Source: an uncultured Gemmatimonadales bacterium (GTDB lineage Bacteria > Gemmatimonadota > Gemmatimonadetes > Longimicrobiales > RSA9). From it: a stretch of DNA of 64,000 nucleotides. The stretch covers positions 32,986-96,985 of the forward strand of contig CAWCRS010000012.1 in assembly GCA_963798085.1 (NCBI GenBank), read 5' to 3'. The position numbers were made by a program, and so were the translations under genes. The notes under the pieces were generated by a model that worked only from the letters and a program-made list of their open reading frames with translations, was not told the origin of the DNA and ran no database searches. The first letter of the stretch is position 1, and each line of letters opens with the position of its first letter. Below, in pieces: positions 29,475-38,500 of this stretch.

Positions 29475-30644
29475 TCACCGCAGGTCGATGAACTTCTTGT
29501 AGACGAGGTCGCCGTAGGTGGCGTAGCCGCCGCTGCGGAACTCCTCCACGAACGTGCTCATGTTCTGTAGCAGCTGGGTGCTGTAGTAGCCGGGCACGGC
29601 CTGGGGGTGGCCGTAGATGCGGCCGAAGAGGGAGCGGATCATGACGGTGCGGTCATTGAACGGCAGGGTGGCGACGCTCTGTGCGAAGCGATCGAATACG
29701 CGGTCCTGCCAGAGATAGAACTCGACGTTGGACAGGTAGAAGGCGGAGAGGCTTTCGCCGCGTTCGCGCAGGTAGGCGCCGATCTCGCGTAGCGCATGAT
29801 CGCCGGCGAAGTCGCCGGTGACGGGGATGAGCAGGTTCTTGGTCTCGAGTGTGCGCAGGTACTGGTAGCCATCTTCGGTGGCGAGCCAGGCGTCCTGGTG
29901 GCCGGCGCGGTCCGTCTCGAGCAGCAGCTGGCGGTAGGTGGGATAGGACGCACGCGGCGGCCGGCCATGACTGGCGTAGCGCAACTCGAGGCCGGCATCG
30001 AAGAACGTCGCATACAATCTGATGACTGTGGCGAGGTCTTCCTCGGAGAGCGGCAGACCGTAGTGCTGCACGGCCTGGACGACCGCCTTGCTGGTGGCAT
30101 CGAAGCGTTTGCGATCGGGCGGCATCACATCGACGTACTCGACCAGATCGTTGATGGCGGTCTTGTGCCAGGTCGAAGGGTCGCGCGGCGGCTGGCGGCC
30201 GAACAGCAGGCAGAGGTATTCGATGCGCGTGGGCGCTTTCTGCATGAGCGCCTTGAAGAGGAAGTGCTCGAGCAGGTTGTCGCGGCGGATGTCGAGGATG
30301 AACGCGATGCGCGGGCGAATGGCCGTGATGTAGGAGAAGTTCTGGTCGGGCCCCACGCCCAGGTACGCGCCACCCACGACATTGAGCGCGCGCATCTTGC
30401 CGATCACGTGCAGGTACGACGCCTCGTTCGAGATGATGTTGTCGGTATCGAAGTAGCCGCCGGGCTCGGAGATGCGCTGGATCAGGCGGCCGTATGCGCT
30501 GTCGCTGAGCGCCTCGGGCAGTCGCTCCTGCGCCTGCGTCAGCGTGGGCATGGGCGAGGCGTGCCGCTCGTGCGGCAGGAACGTGGCGGCCGCAGCGAAG
30601 CCGGCAAGCGCCAGGATGGTGACGAGAGCGCGTCGCGTCAGCAC
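29475..30644 (-). CDS. Conserved exported hypothetical protein (LIC_10091-like)
   Basis: N-terminal signal/TM. SEPGGYFDTDNIISNE, YLGVGPDQNFSYI, FYLSNVEFYL motifs. Overlaps the upstream GNAT gene. Confidence 0.75.
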   Translation of the reverse strand: MLTRRALVTILALAGFAAAATFLPHERHASPMPTLTQAQERLPEALSDSAYGRLIQRISEPGGYFDTDNIISNEASYLHVIGKMRALNVVGGAYLGVGPDQNFSYITAIRPRIAFILDIRRDNLLEHFLFKALMQKAPTRIEYLCLLFGRQPPRDPSTWHKTAINDLVEYVDVMPPDRKRFDATSKAVVQAVQHYGLPLSEEDLATVIRLYATFFDAGLELRYASHGRPPRASYPTYRQLLLETDRAGHQDAWLATEDGYQYLRTLETKNLLIPVTGDFAGDHALREIGAYLRERGESLSAFYLSNVEFYLWQDRVFDRFAQSVATLPFNDRTVMIRSLFGRIYGHPQAVPGYYSTQLLQNMSTFVEEFRSGGYATYGDLVYKKFIDLR

Positions 30645-31180
30645 TGCATTTCTCCGGCGAGCATGCCGTACACGACGACATCATGGAACTCGCCCCACTT
30701 CAGGACGTGGTGGCGCAGCACGCCTTCGGGACGCATGCCGATCTTCTGCATGACCCGACCGGATGCCGGATTGACGCTGAAGTGTCGTGCCAGGATGCGA
30801 TGCAGGCGCAGTGTGGTGAAGCCGAAGCCGACGAGCGAGTGTGCGGCCTCGGTCGCGTAGCCGTTGCCCCAGTACGGCCGGCCGATCCAGTATCCCAGCT
30901 CGGCATGCTGGTGCGCGCGATCGATCTGCAGGCCGACGGCGCCGACCAGCTGGCGATCGTCGCGCTTCACGACGGCGCACATCATGGCACGTTCCGCGGC
31001 CCAGCGATCGGGATGCGTGGCGATCCAGCTCTCGGCCATTCCGGGCTCGTACGGGTGCGGGATGTTCTGCGTGGTGCGCGCAATGTCACGATCGCCGGCC
31101 AGGCAATGGACGACGGGCGCATCCGCGATCACGAACGGTCGCAGCTGCAGGCGCCGGGTTTCGAGTATCGGCTGGTCCAT
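30638..31180 (-). CDS. RimJ/RimL-family GNAT N-acetyltransferase
   Basis: LETRRLQLRPF, AELGYWIGRPYWGNGYATEA, NPASGRVMQKIGM. Confidence 0.93.
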   Translation of the reverse strand: MDQPILETRRLQLRPFVIADAPVVHCLAGDRDIARTTQNIPHPYEPGMAESWIATHPDRWAAERAMMCAVVKRDDRQLVGAVGLQIDRAHQHAELGYWIGRPYWGNGYATEAAHSLVGFGFTTLRLHRILARHFSVNPASGRVMQKIGMRPEGVLRHHVLKWGEFHDVVVYGMLAGEMQC

Positions 31181-31585
31181 GCGATCGGAACTGGTTGCTG
31201 CAACTCCGGAACGTTTGGCGGCCGCCGTCAGCGACGACAGCAGCGCCACGACTTGCTGCCCTGCGGGCTCGACACGCGGAAGCGCCGATCCGGACTCTTC
31301 GCTCGGGGGGCAAGGCCCCGACAGAGAGGTAACCGCACCGTCCCCGACCGCGCAATGTCTGTTTCCCGTACACAGACGCGGGCACAGGGGATCCTGTTAG
31401 AGCGCAGCCCTGACGCAGCACGTCACACGCGGCGGCGCGGGCGGCGGCAATCCCGGATGCGCTGCGGCCGGCGGCGAGGCGGGCGCGCATCCGATCCCGG
31501 CGCGGTATCTTTCCCGCCATTCACCTCGACTTGCCGGCCGTAAGCGCGCGGCCGAGTCAAACCGGTCCGCGGGCGAGTGGAATGC

Positions 31586-31611
31586 GGAACAACGCAAGTG
31601 CGGACCGGGTT
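31586..31611 (+). promoter_or_regulatory. SigR/SigH-type promoter candidate GGAAC-N18-GTT
   Basis: GGAAC 31586-31590, 18-nt spacer, GTT 31609-31611, directly upstream of the cognate-type sigma gene. Confidence 0.5.
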
Positions 31612-31633
31612 CCCTGCTTGAGCTCAGCGAGGG

Positions 31634-32236
31634 GTGTGGATGCAAGACGAGACAATGGTCAGCGATGAACTCGGACGGCGGGGCTTCGAGCTGGAAGCTT
31701 TGCCGTGGCTGGAAGCCGTCTACCGCTTCAGTCTGCGGCTCACAGGCAACGAATCCGAGGCTGAGGACCTGACGCAGGAGACGTTTCTGCGCGCGTACCG
31801 GCACTGGTCCACCTACACACCGGGCACGAGCTGTCGCTCATGGCTCTTCACGATCTGTCGCAACGCCTTCCTGCGGGGACGGGAGCAGCGCGATCGCAGG
31901 CGGGAGTCGCTGGAGAGCGAGCTGGACGTCGCCGTCGAAGCCCTCGCATCCGCCGAGATCCTGGGGGAGATCCGACAGGAGGATCCGGAACGGCAATTCT
32001 TCGATTCCTTCGTGGATGCCGAAATCGATGCGGCAGTGGCAAGGCTGCCATTCGAATTCCGTGATGCCGTGATCCTGAGCGATCTCGAAGGACTCAGCTA
32101 CAACGAGGTCGCGGATGTGCTCGACATCCCGGTGGGCACGGTCAAGAGCCGACTCTATCGTGGGCGCCGGCTGCTGGCGAGCGCGCTGCGCGATTACGCG
32201 ACGGAGATGGGCTATCTCCGTGGGGGGGCGCGATGA
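31634..32236 (+). CDS. ECF sigma factor, SigR/SigH-like
   Basis: FELEALPWL..VYRFSLRLTGN..EAEDLTQETFLRAY, YTPGTSCRSWLFTI, GTVKSRLYRGR. The start could be the ATG at 31640 or 31655. Confidence 0.93.
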   Translation: MWMQDETMVSDELGRRGFELEALPWLEAVYRFSLRLTGNESEAEDLTQETFLRAYRHWSTYTPGTSCRSWLFTICRNAFLRGREQRDRRRESLESELDVAVEALASAEILGEIRQEDPERQFFDSFVDAEIDAAVARLPFEFRDAVILSDLEGLSYNEVADVLDIPVGTVKSRLYRGRRLLASALRDYATEMGYLRGGAR

Positions 32237-32502
32237 ACGAAACGCGAAGGATCAGCTGCCGCGAGGCGGTCGAACGACTCTGGGCGTACATCGATGGCGA
32301 ACTGGGCGAGCCTGATGCGCGCTGCGTCGAAAAGCATCTGTCCGCCTGCCGCGGCTGCTACCCGCAATACGATTTCCAGCGCGCGTTCTCCGAATTCCTG
32401 CGCCAGCACGAGAACGTACCCGTTCCGGCCAGCCTGCGGCGGCGCGTGTTCCTCGCCCTGCTCGAAGAAGACCGCAAGCAGAGCGAGGAGACGCTCCAGT
32501 GA
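32233..32502 (+). CDS. Zinc-binding anti-sigma factor (zf-HC2, RsrA/RshA-like)
   Basis: 89 aa, soluble. SCREAVERLWAYIDGEL...HLSACRGC (HxxxCxxC). ATGA overlap with the sigma gene. Confidence 0.9.
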   Translation: MNETRRISCREAVERLWAYIDGELGEPDARCVEKHLSACRGCYPQYDFQRAFSEFLRQHENVPVPASLRRRVFLALLEEDRKQSEETLQ

Positions 32503-33116
32503 GGGCACGGGCCGGTCGCGCCCTGGCGGCTGCGGCGCTGGCCAGCGCGCTGGGCACCGCGGCGGCACGCGCACAGACGCTGGACGTGACCGGAACCGGT
32601 TACGATCGCGGCAGTGCGAATGCGCCGGTTTTCATCGTCGAGTTCGGCGACTTCGGCTGCTCCGCGTGCGCCAAATTCCACCGCGACACCTTCGCCGCGC
32701 TCAATCAGGAGTTCATTGCCACAGGGAAGGTGCGCTGGAAGTTCGTGCCCTTCGTCATGGGCTCGTTCCCGAATTCCGGGGCGGCCGCGCGTGCCGCCAT
32801 CTGTGCGGGCGACCAGGATGCCTTCTGGTCGATGCACGATCTGCTGTACGACAGGCAGCCCGAGTGGAACAAGCTCTCCAATCCGCGCGCGCAGATGGAG
32901 ACTTTCGCCAGACAGCTGAATCTGGATCCGGCGAAGTTCCATGCCTGCTATACGAAGGACTCGCCCAGGGAGCGCGTGGGCCACAACAACCAGCTCGCTA
33001 ACACACTGCAAGTGCGCGCCACGCCTACGTTCTTCGTCAACGGCCGCCGCGCGGTGGGCGCCCTGCCCATCGACATGTGGCGGCGCATCGTGGCGCAGGT
33101 CGCGGCCGGCGGCTGA
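32499..33116 (+). CDS. DsbA-family thioredoxin-fold oxidoreductase
   Basis: Signal peptide, GSANAPVFIVEFGDFGCSACAKF (CxxC), cis-Pro motif ATPTFFVNG. Confidence 0.9.
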   Translation: MRARAGRALAAAALASALGTAAARAQTLDVTGTGYDRGSANAPVFIVEFGDFGCSACAKFHRDTFAALNQEFIATGKVRWKFVPFVMGSFPNSGAAARAAICAGDQDAFWSMHDLLYDRQPEWNKLSNPRAQMETFARQLNLDPAKFHACYTKDSPRERVGHNNQLANTLQVRATPTFFVNGRRAVGALPIDMWRRIVAQVAAGG

Positions 33117-33124
33117 GCCGGGCT

Positions 33125-35548
33125 TCAGCGCGTCCCGGACGGGACCGGCGCCGCGGCCGGGCGCACATTGATGCGCACGGAATCGCGCGCGCCGTCGGGC
33201 CATTCGGCGGAAACCTCGTGTCGACCTTCCGCAATGGGCCAGCGCGCGCCCATGAAGGGCCGGCCATCAATGCGCCAGCGCACGCCGTCCGCGGGCAATG
33301 CGGCGAGCGGCAGTGTCGCGAACTCGGGGCGCACACCCACCGGCACCTCGTACACGTCGCCATCCTGCGGGGATACTATGCGCCGACGGACGTCCGGCAG
33401 CGTGCGTGACTCCGGCTGCGTGGCGTAGCCGCGTGTGCTGCTGACAGCGATGTTCGCAGGCTCGCCGGCGGCCGCAGCACCGTTGCGCAGGACAGGCGAC
33501 GATGGGTGGTCGGCGTCCTCGAGCGACAGCCACTCCGCGTACTCGGGCGGCAGCGTAGTGCGGCCCGCACGCTGCCAGTCATCGCTGCGCGTGGGCGGGG
33601 TGCCGGGCAGGAACCACTCGACCAGGGAGGCGCACCCGGGCGTGGCGCGCAGGCCGGACAGCGCGCACACGGGCTCGGCTTCAGCGCCCACGGCCGCGGG
33701 CGTGGGCAGCGCGCCGGGCGCGTAGCGCCGGGCCACCTGCAGCACGGCGCGATAGAGCAGCGGGCCGGCGCCCGATATGCCGCTGACACCCTGCATGGGC
33801 GAGCCGCTGAAATTACCGACCCACACCGCCACCGTGAAGTTCGCGGTCGTGGTAACAGCCCAGTTATCGGTGAAGTGGCGGCTCGTGCCCGTCTTGGATG
33901 CGGCCGGGAAGGCATAATCGAGCGGCGTTTCCACACCGAAGCCGGGAATCCTCGCCACCGGATCCTGCAGGATGTCGAGCACCAGCGCGGCGGCACCGCC
34001 GCTCATGAAGCGACGCGGCTGTGCCATGCCCGGCGTGGCGCGCGGCGTGCTGACAGCAATGTCAGCAGAGGCGCCGCGCCCTGCCGGCAGCGCCGCATCG
34101 GTGAGCCAGCGCACGGGCCGCCAGACGCCGCCGCCGGCAATGCCGCGGTAGCCGTTGGCCAGCTCCAGCAGCGTGACTTCGCCGTTGCCCAGAGCAAGGC
34201 CCAGACCGTAGGTGTCTGCGCTGCGGTCCAGTGATGCGAACCCGGCTGTTCGCAGGGTCGCGAGCAGTGCGGGCGCGCCCAGCTGATCGGCCAGCCACAC
34301 GGCCGGCACATTGAACGAGCTGGCCAGCGCGACGCGGGCGCGCACCGGTCCGCGGAAGCGGCGGTCGTAGTTCTGCGGTCGATACGGCCCGGTGGTTGTC
34401 GACCAGGTGTGCGGCACATCGGGCAGCACGGATGCCGGCGTCCAGCCGCGATCGAAGGCGAGGCCGTAGAGGAACGGCTTCAGGGCGGAGCCCGGCTGGC
34501 GGCGGGAGATCACCATGTCGACCTGGCCCGCGGTATCCGCGAAGAAATCGGGCGAGCCCACCCAGGCGAGGATGTCACCCGAGCGATTGTCCAGCACCAC
34601 CGCGGCCGCCTGGCGCGCCGAACGATCGTGCAGCGTGGCGACGGTGTGTCGCACTTCGGCTTCGATCGCCTGCTGCAGGTCGAGATCGAGCGTAGTGTGC
34701 AGTGTGCCCGTGGCGCTGCCCGCGCGCTGCAGCAGCTGCGTCGTGAAATGCGGGGCCGCGAAACGATTCGTGTTTCCGGGCGACAGCACCGGCTCGTGGC
34801 GAGCCCGCTGCGCATCGGCGGGTGTGGCGTAGCCGAGGGCGCGCATGCGGTCGAGCACGAGGTCGCGGCGGGCGCGCGCGTGATCCGGAGACACGAGCGG
34901 GTTCTCGCGCGATGGCAGGTGCGCGAGGCCGGCGAGCATGGCGGCCTGGCCGAGGCTGACGTCGGAGGCCTGTGCGCCGAAGTAGAGGCGCGCGGCCGCG
35001 GCCACGCCCACGGCGCCCTGCCCCAGCGGCACGCGATTCAGATAGGTCTCGAGGATCCGGCTCTTGTCGAGGTGCGCTTCCAGGCGCAGTGCCCAGAGCG
35101 TCTGGCGCAGCTTGCCGGTCCAGCCGCGACCGATGGGCCGCAGCAGTCTTGCCGTCTGCATCGTCAGCGTGGACGCACCCGAGACGACGTAGCCGCCCTT
35201 CACGTTGTCGCGCAGCGCGCGCAGCACCGCGCGCCCATCGACACCATGATGCTGGAAGAAGCGATGGTCTTCCGCGGCCAGGAACGCCTGGATGATCTCG
35301 GGATCCAGCGCCGCCAGCGGCATCCAGCCGCCGCGCGCACCTTCATCGGAACGCGTGGTGCGGAGCAGCAGACCATGACGGTCGCGCAGCTCCAGGCTGG
35401 GCACGGGTCCGGGGGACGCCACGCGGGCGGGCAGCGGCCACGCAATCCACGCGGCCGCCGCGAGCAGCGCGACGGCCAGCAGACCGCCTGCTGACAACGT
35501 TGTTTGCAGCAACCGCCTGCGCGTCCGGGCGCCCAACCGATAACGCAT
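33125..35548 (-). CDS. pbpC: Penicillin-binding protein 1C
   Basis: Transglycosylase motifs (EDHRFFQH, GASTLTMQ, ILETYLN), transpeptidase SALK, SFN and KTG, C-terminal Ig-like domain. Follows the alpha-2-macroglobulin gene. Confidence 0.93.
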   Translation of the reverse strand: MRYRLGARTRRRLLQTTLSAGGLLAVALLAAAAWIAWPLPARVASPGPVPSLELRDRHGLLLRTTRSDEGARGGWMPLAALDPEIIQAFLAAEDHRFFQHHGVDGRAVLRALRDNVKGGYVVSGASTLTMQTARLLRPIGRGWTGKLRQTLWALRLEAHLDKSRILETYLNRVPLGQGAVGVAAAARLYFGAQASDVSLGQAAMLAGLAHLPSRENPLVSPDHARARRDLVLDRMRALGYATPADAQRARHEPVLSPGNTNRFAAPHFTTQLLQRAGSATGTLHTTLDLDLQQAIEAEVRHTVATLHDRSARQAAAVVLDNRSGDILAWVGSPDFFADTAGQVDMVISRRQPGSALKPFLYGLAFDRGWTPASVLPDVPHTWSTTTGPYRPQNYDRRFRGPVRARVALASSFNVPAVWLADQLGAPALLATLRTAGFASLDRSADTYGLGLALGNGEVTLLELANGYRGIAGGGVWRPVRWLTDAALPAGRGASADIAVSTPRATPGMAQPRRFMSGGAAALVLDILQDPVARIPGFGVETPLDYAFPAASKTGTSRHFTDNWAVTTTANFTVAVWVGNFSGSPMQGVSGISGAGPLLYRAVLQVARRYAPGALPTPAAVGAEAEPVCALSGLRATPGCASLVEWFLPGTPPTRSDDWQRAGRTTLPPEYAEWLSLEDADHPSSPVLRNGAAAAGEPANIAVSSTRGYATQPESRTLPDVRRRIVSPQDGDVYEVPVGVRPEFATLPLAALPADGVRWRIDGRPFMGARWPIAEGRHEVSAEWPDGARDSVRINVRPAAAPVPSGTR

Positions 35549-35550
35549 GG

Positions 35551-38500
35551 TTATTTGCCGGCCGCGCGCGTGACCGTGAACGTGCTGCCGCCGGTGCGGC
35601 CGTTGACGCCGCGGTTGTACATCTCCTCCGACCAGGCCGGGGGCACGATGAAGGTGCCGGCCGTGGTGGCGCGCGCCAGGTAGGTGGCCGTATACGTGCC
35701 CTTCCACAGCACGGTCGCGGAATAGACGACGCGGTCGTCGCGCAGTTCGCGGTGGTCGAACGGCGACCACAGGCCCGCGTCCCACGAGCCGTACCACCAG
35801 CCCTCGCCTTCCGGCCAGTCCTGCTGCCCGGGCTGATAGTCGGGGAACGTCACACCCGGCGCCGCGACCGTGCGCAGACTCAGGTCGACGGGCTCGAGGC
35901 CGGCAGGCAGCGCGTCGTCGACCACGACGAAGTGGCGCTCATCGGGCACGGTGACGCGCAGGCGGACGCGCACCAGATCGCCTTCCGCCACGCTCACGGT
36001 GGGCTGCTTCGTGTCCACACGCTCGTACCAGCGCTCGACGACAATGCCGCGATACACCGGATCGACCGGCGGCGTCTTCGGCACTTCCGTGACCGTGGCG
36101 AAGAAGTATGCGGGCACGCCCGCGGCGCTCGAACCGGACGACTGCGCGTTCAGACTCAGGCGCACGACGCGCTCGCCCCTGTCGTTCTTCGAGACCAGCT
36201 TCGCGAGGGAGAGCGTGGTGTCGTGCAGTGTAGCGTGCTCACCCACGCCCTCGAGCGTGGTGCTGAACAGGTTGCCCTTCGGGCCACGCACGGTGATGCG
36301 CGCACTGCCGGCATTGCGGTCGAAGCGCTGGTAATCCGAAAGTGCGAGCACGGTCCAGCCCAGGTCCTGCGTGTTCCACTCGAGCTTCGCGTCGATGCGG
36401 CCGTGGTCGACCAGCGTCTCGACCAGGGGTCCGACGAGCGGGTGATCGGGCTGCACGGCGAGCGTGGCCTGGAGCAGCAGCGCAGCCGGGCGCGCAAGCG
36501 AATAGAAGTAGTGGCCGTCGTGCGCGGTCGAGGGCAGCACAGCCCGCCTGCCTTCGACGTTCACGGTGGCCCAGATGCTTTCGAGCAGCGAGCGGGCCGT
36601 GCGCGCGTCGCGGCGGCGGGCGAAAAGTGTGGCCAGCTGCACGCGATCTTCCCAGCGCAGTCTGGCCGCCTGCTGCAGCAGCGAATTCTCGATGGCGACA
36701 TCGGGCCGGCCCATGCGGCTCAGGAAATCGGCGGCGGCCACGTGCTCGCTGAGTTTGCCGCGCAAGTCACGGAACCACCACGCCACGGGACTGCGCACCC
36801 ACTCCTCATCGTGCAGGCTGCTGCCCAGGTAATCGGCCAGGCGTTCCAACACCGTGCTATCGACGGGCACGCCCGCATTCCGGGCCTCGAGCAGCACGCG
36901 GCCGGCGTACGCGGAGAGCCATGGGCTGCTCCAGTCGCTGGCGCTCCAGTAGCCAATGCTGCCATTGGAGGTCTGCCGGCGTGCCAGTGTGCGCACCGCG
37001 GTCTGCACGTCGGCCTCGAGTGCCGCTGCCTGCGAGTCCAGGCCGAGCTGCCTGCGCGCGCGGTACAGGGCGACCACGGGGAGCGCAACGCTCGAGATCT
37101 GCTCGGTGCAGTACCAGGGATAGACGCGCAGCGATGTGCGGGCGCCATCGATCACCGCGAGCACGGACGAGCCGAAGCTCACGCTGAGCGTCGAGCGCGC
37201 CGGATCCACGTCGTCGCGTACAGTGAATTCCGCAGTAGCCGTGTCCTTGAGCACACCCGCGAGCGTGGCCGCGAGCGGGTGGTACGACGGCCGGATGGGA
37301 ATGCCGACGGCAACCGCATCGCGATCCCCGGCAGCGGCGGCTTCGAACTGGAAATGCGCACTGTCCCCGGCGAGTGCGCGGAAATCGAAGCGCACCTCGA
37401 CGCCGCGGCCGGCAGCGAGCTGATCCGTTTTCCGGTTCTTCCCGTCCAGCCTGATGCCGGTGGCATTCGCGTCGACCTGCACGCGCGGCGTGCCGCCCGC
37501 GCGCTGATTGACGACAACACCCGCGGTGAAGCGATCGCCCTCGCGCACGAAGCGCGGCAGCGCCGGTCGCGCCAGCAAAGGTCGTGTTACCAGGATCGCG
37601 GACTGACCCGAGCCGTACAGATCGCCCGCAGTGATGGCGACGGCCATCACGCGGAACGTGGTCAGGTTGTCGGGCAGCTTCGCGGCGGCCAGCGCGTGGC
37701 CGGCATGGTCCGTGATCACGGAGCCGAGGAAGAACGCGGTGGTCTGGAAACGCGAGCGCAGAATGCCGGCCAGCTCGGAGCCGCCGCCGCCGCCCGCCGC
37801 CCGCCTGCCCTTGAGTCCCTCGGGAATCTGCGGCGCCACGCTCACGAGGTTGCTGGCCAGGCGCACGCCCAGCCCGCGCTCGGCGTAGAGCAGGCTCACG
37901 GGATCGGGCAGCTGATAGCCGGTCAGCGCGAGCACACCCTCATCCACCGCCCAGAGCGTGACCTCCGACTGCTGCGGCCTGCCGGCCGCATCCTTCACGT
38001 CGAGCGCGACGCGGGCGCTGTCGCCCGGCCCGTACTCGACCGGGCCGGCGCCCGCACTACTAACACCGGGTTTGGGCTGTGGCTGGACCGCCACGGTGAG
38101 GCGCTTGACGGAGGGCAGCACGCGCAGTTCGGCATAACCGACTCGAATCGTGGGCCGGCCCGGATCATCGAGCGGACCGGGCGGCGCGCTGCGGCCGCGC
38201 GCGACAATGATGGATACGTACACATTGGGCGCGTACGCGTCAGTGATGGGAAACCGGAGCGTGGTGGCGCCCGAGGTAATGCGTATGCGACGCGACTCCA
38301 TGACGTGCTCGCGCTCGACGGTCACCCACGCTTCCGCATCGGTGAAGGGTGACGCGAAGAAGACCGTGGCGGTGTCGCCCACATCGTAGGTCGGCTTGTC
38401 GGCGACGACATCCATCTTGAGCTTCGACTGGTCGTTCCAGGGCACCCAGTCGCGCCCGGAAGCCCAGCGCATCAGACTCGTGGTGGCGACGTGACCGGCG

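Noticed and set aside
12551..35797. Extended N-termini given by the ORF track (12637, 15143, 19904, 31249, 35797)
   Set aside because: Downstream starts have RBSs or signal peptides, or match the family N-terminus, and several of the extensions overlap neighbouring genes.
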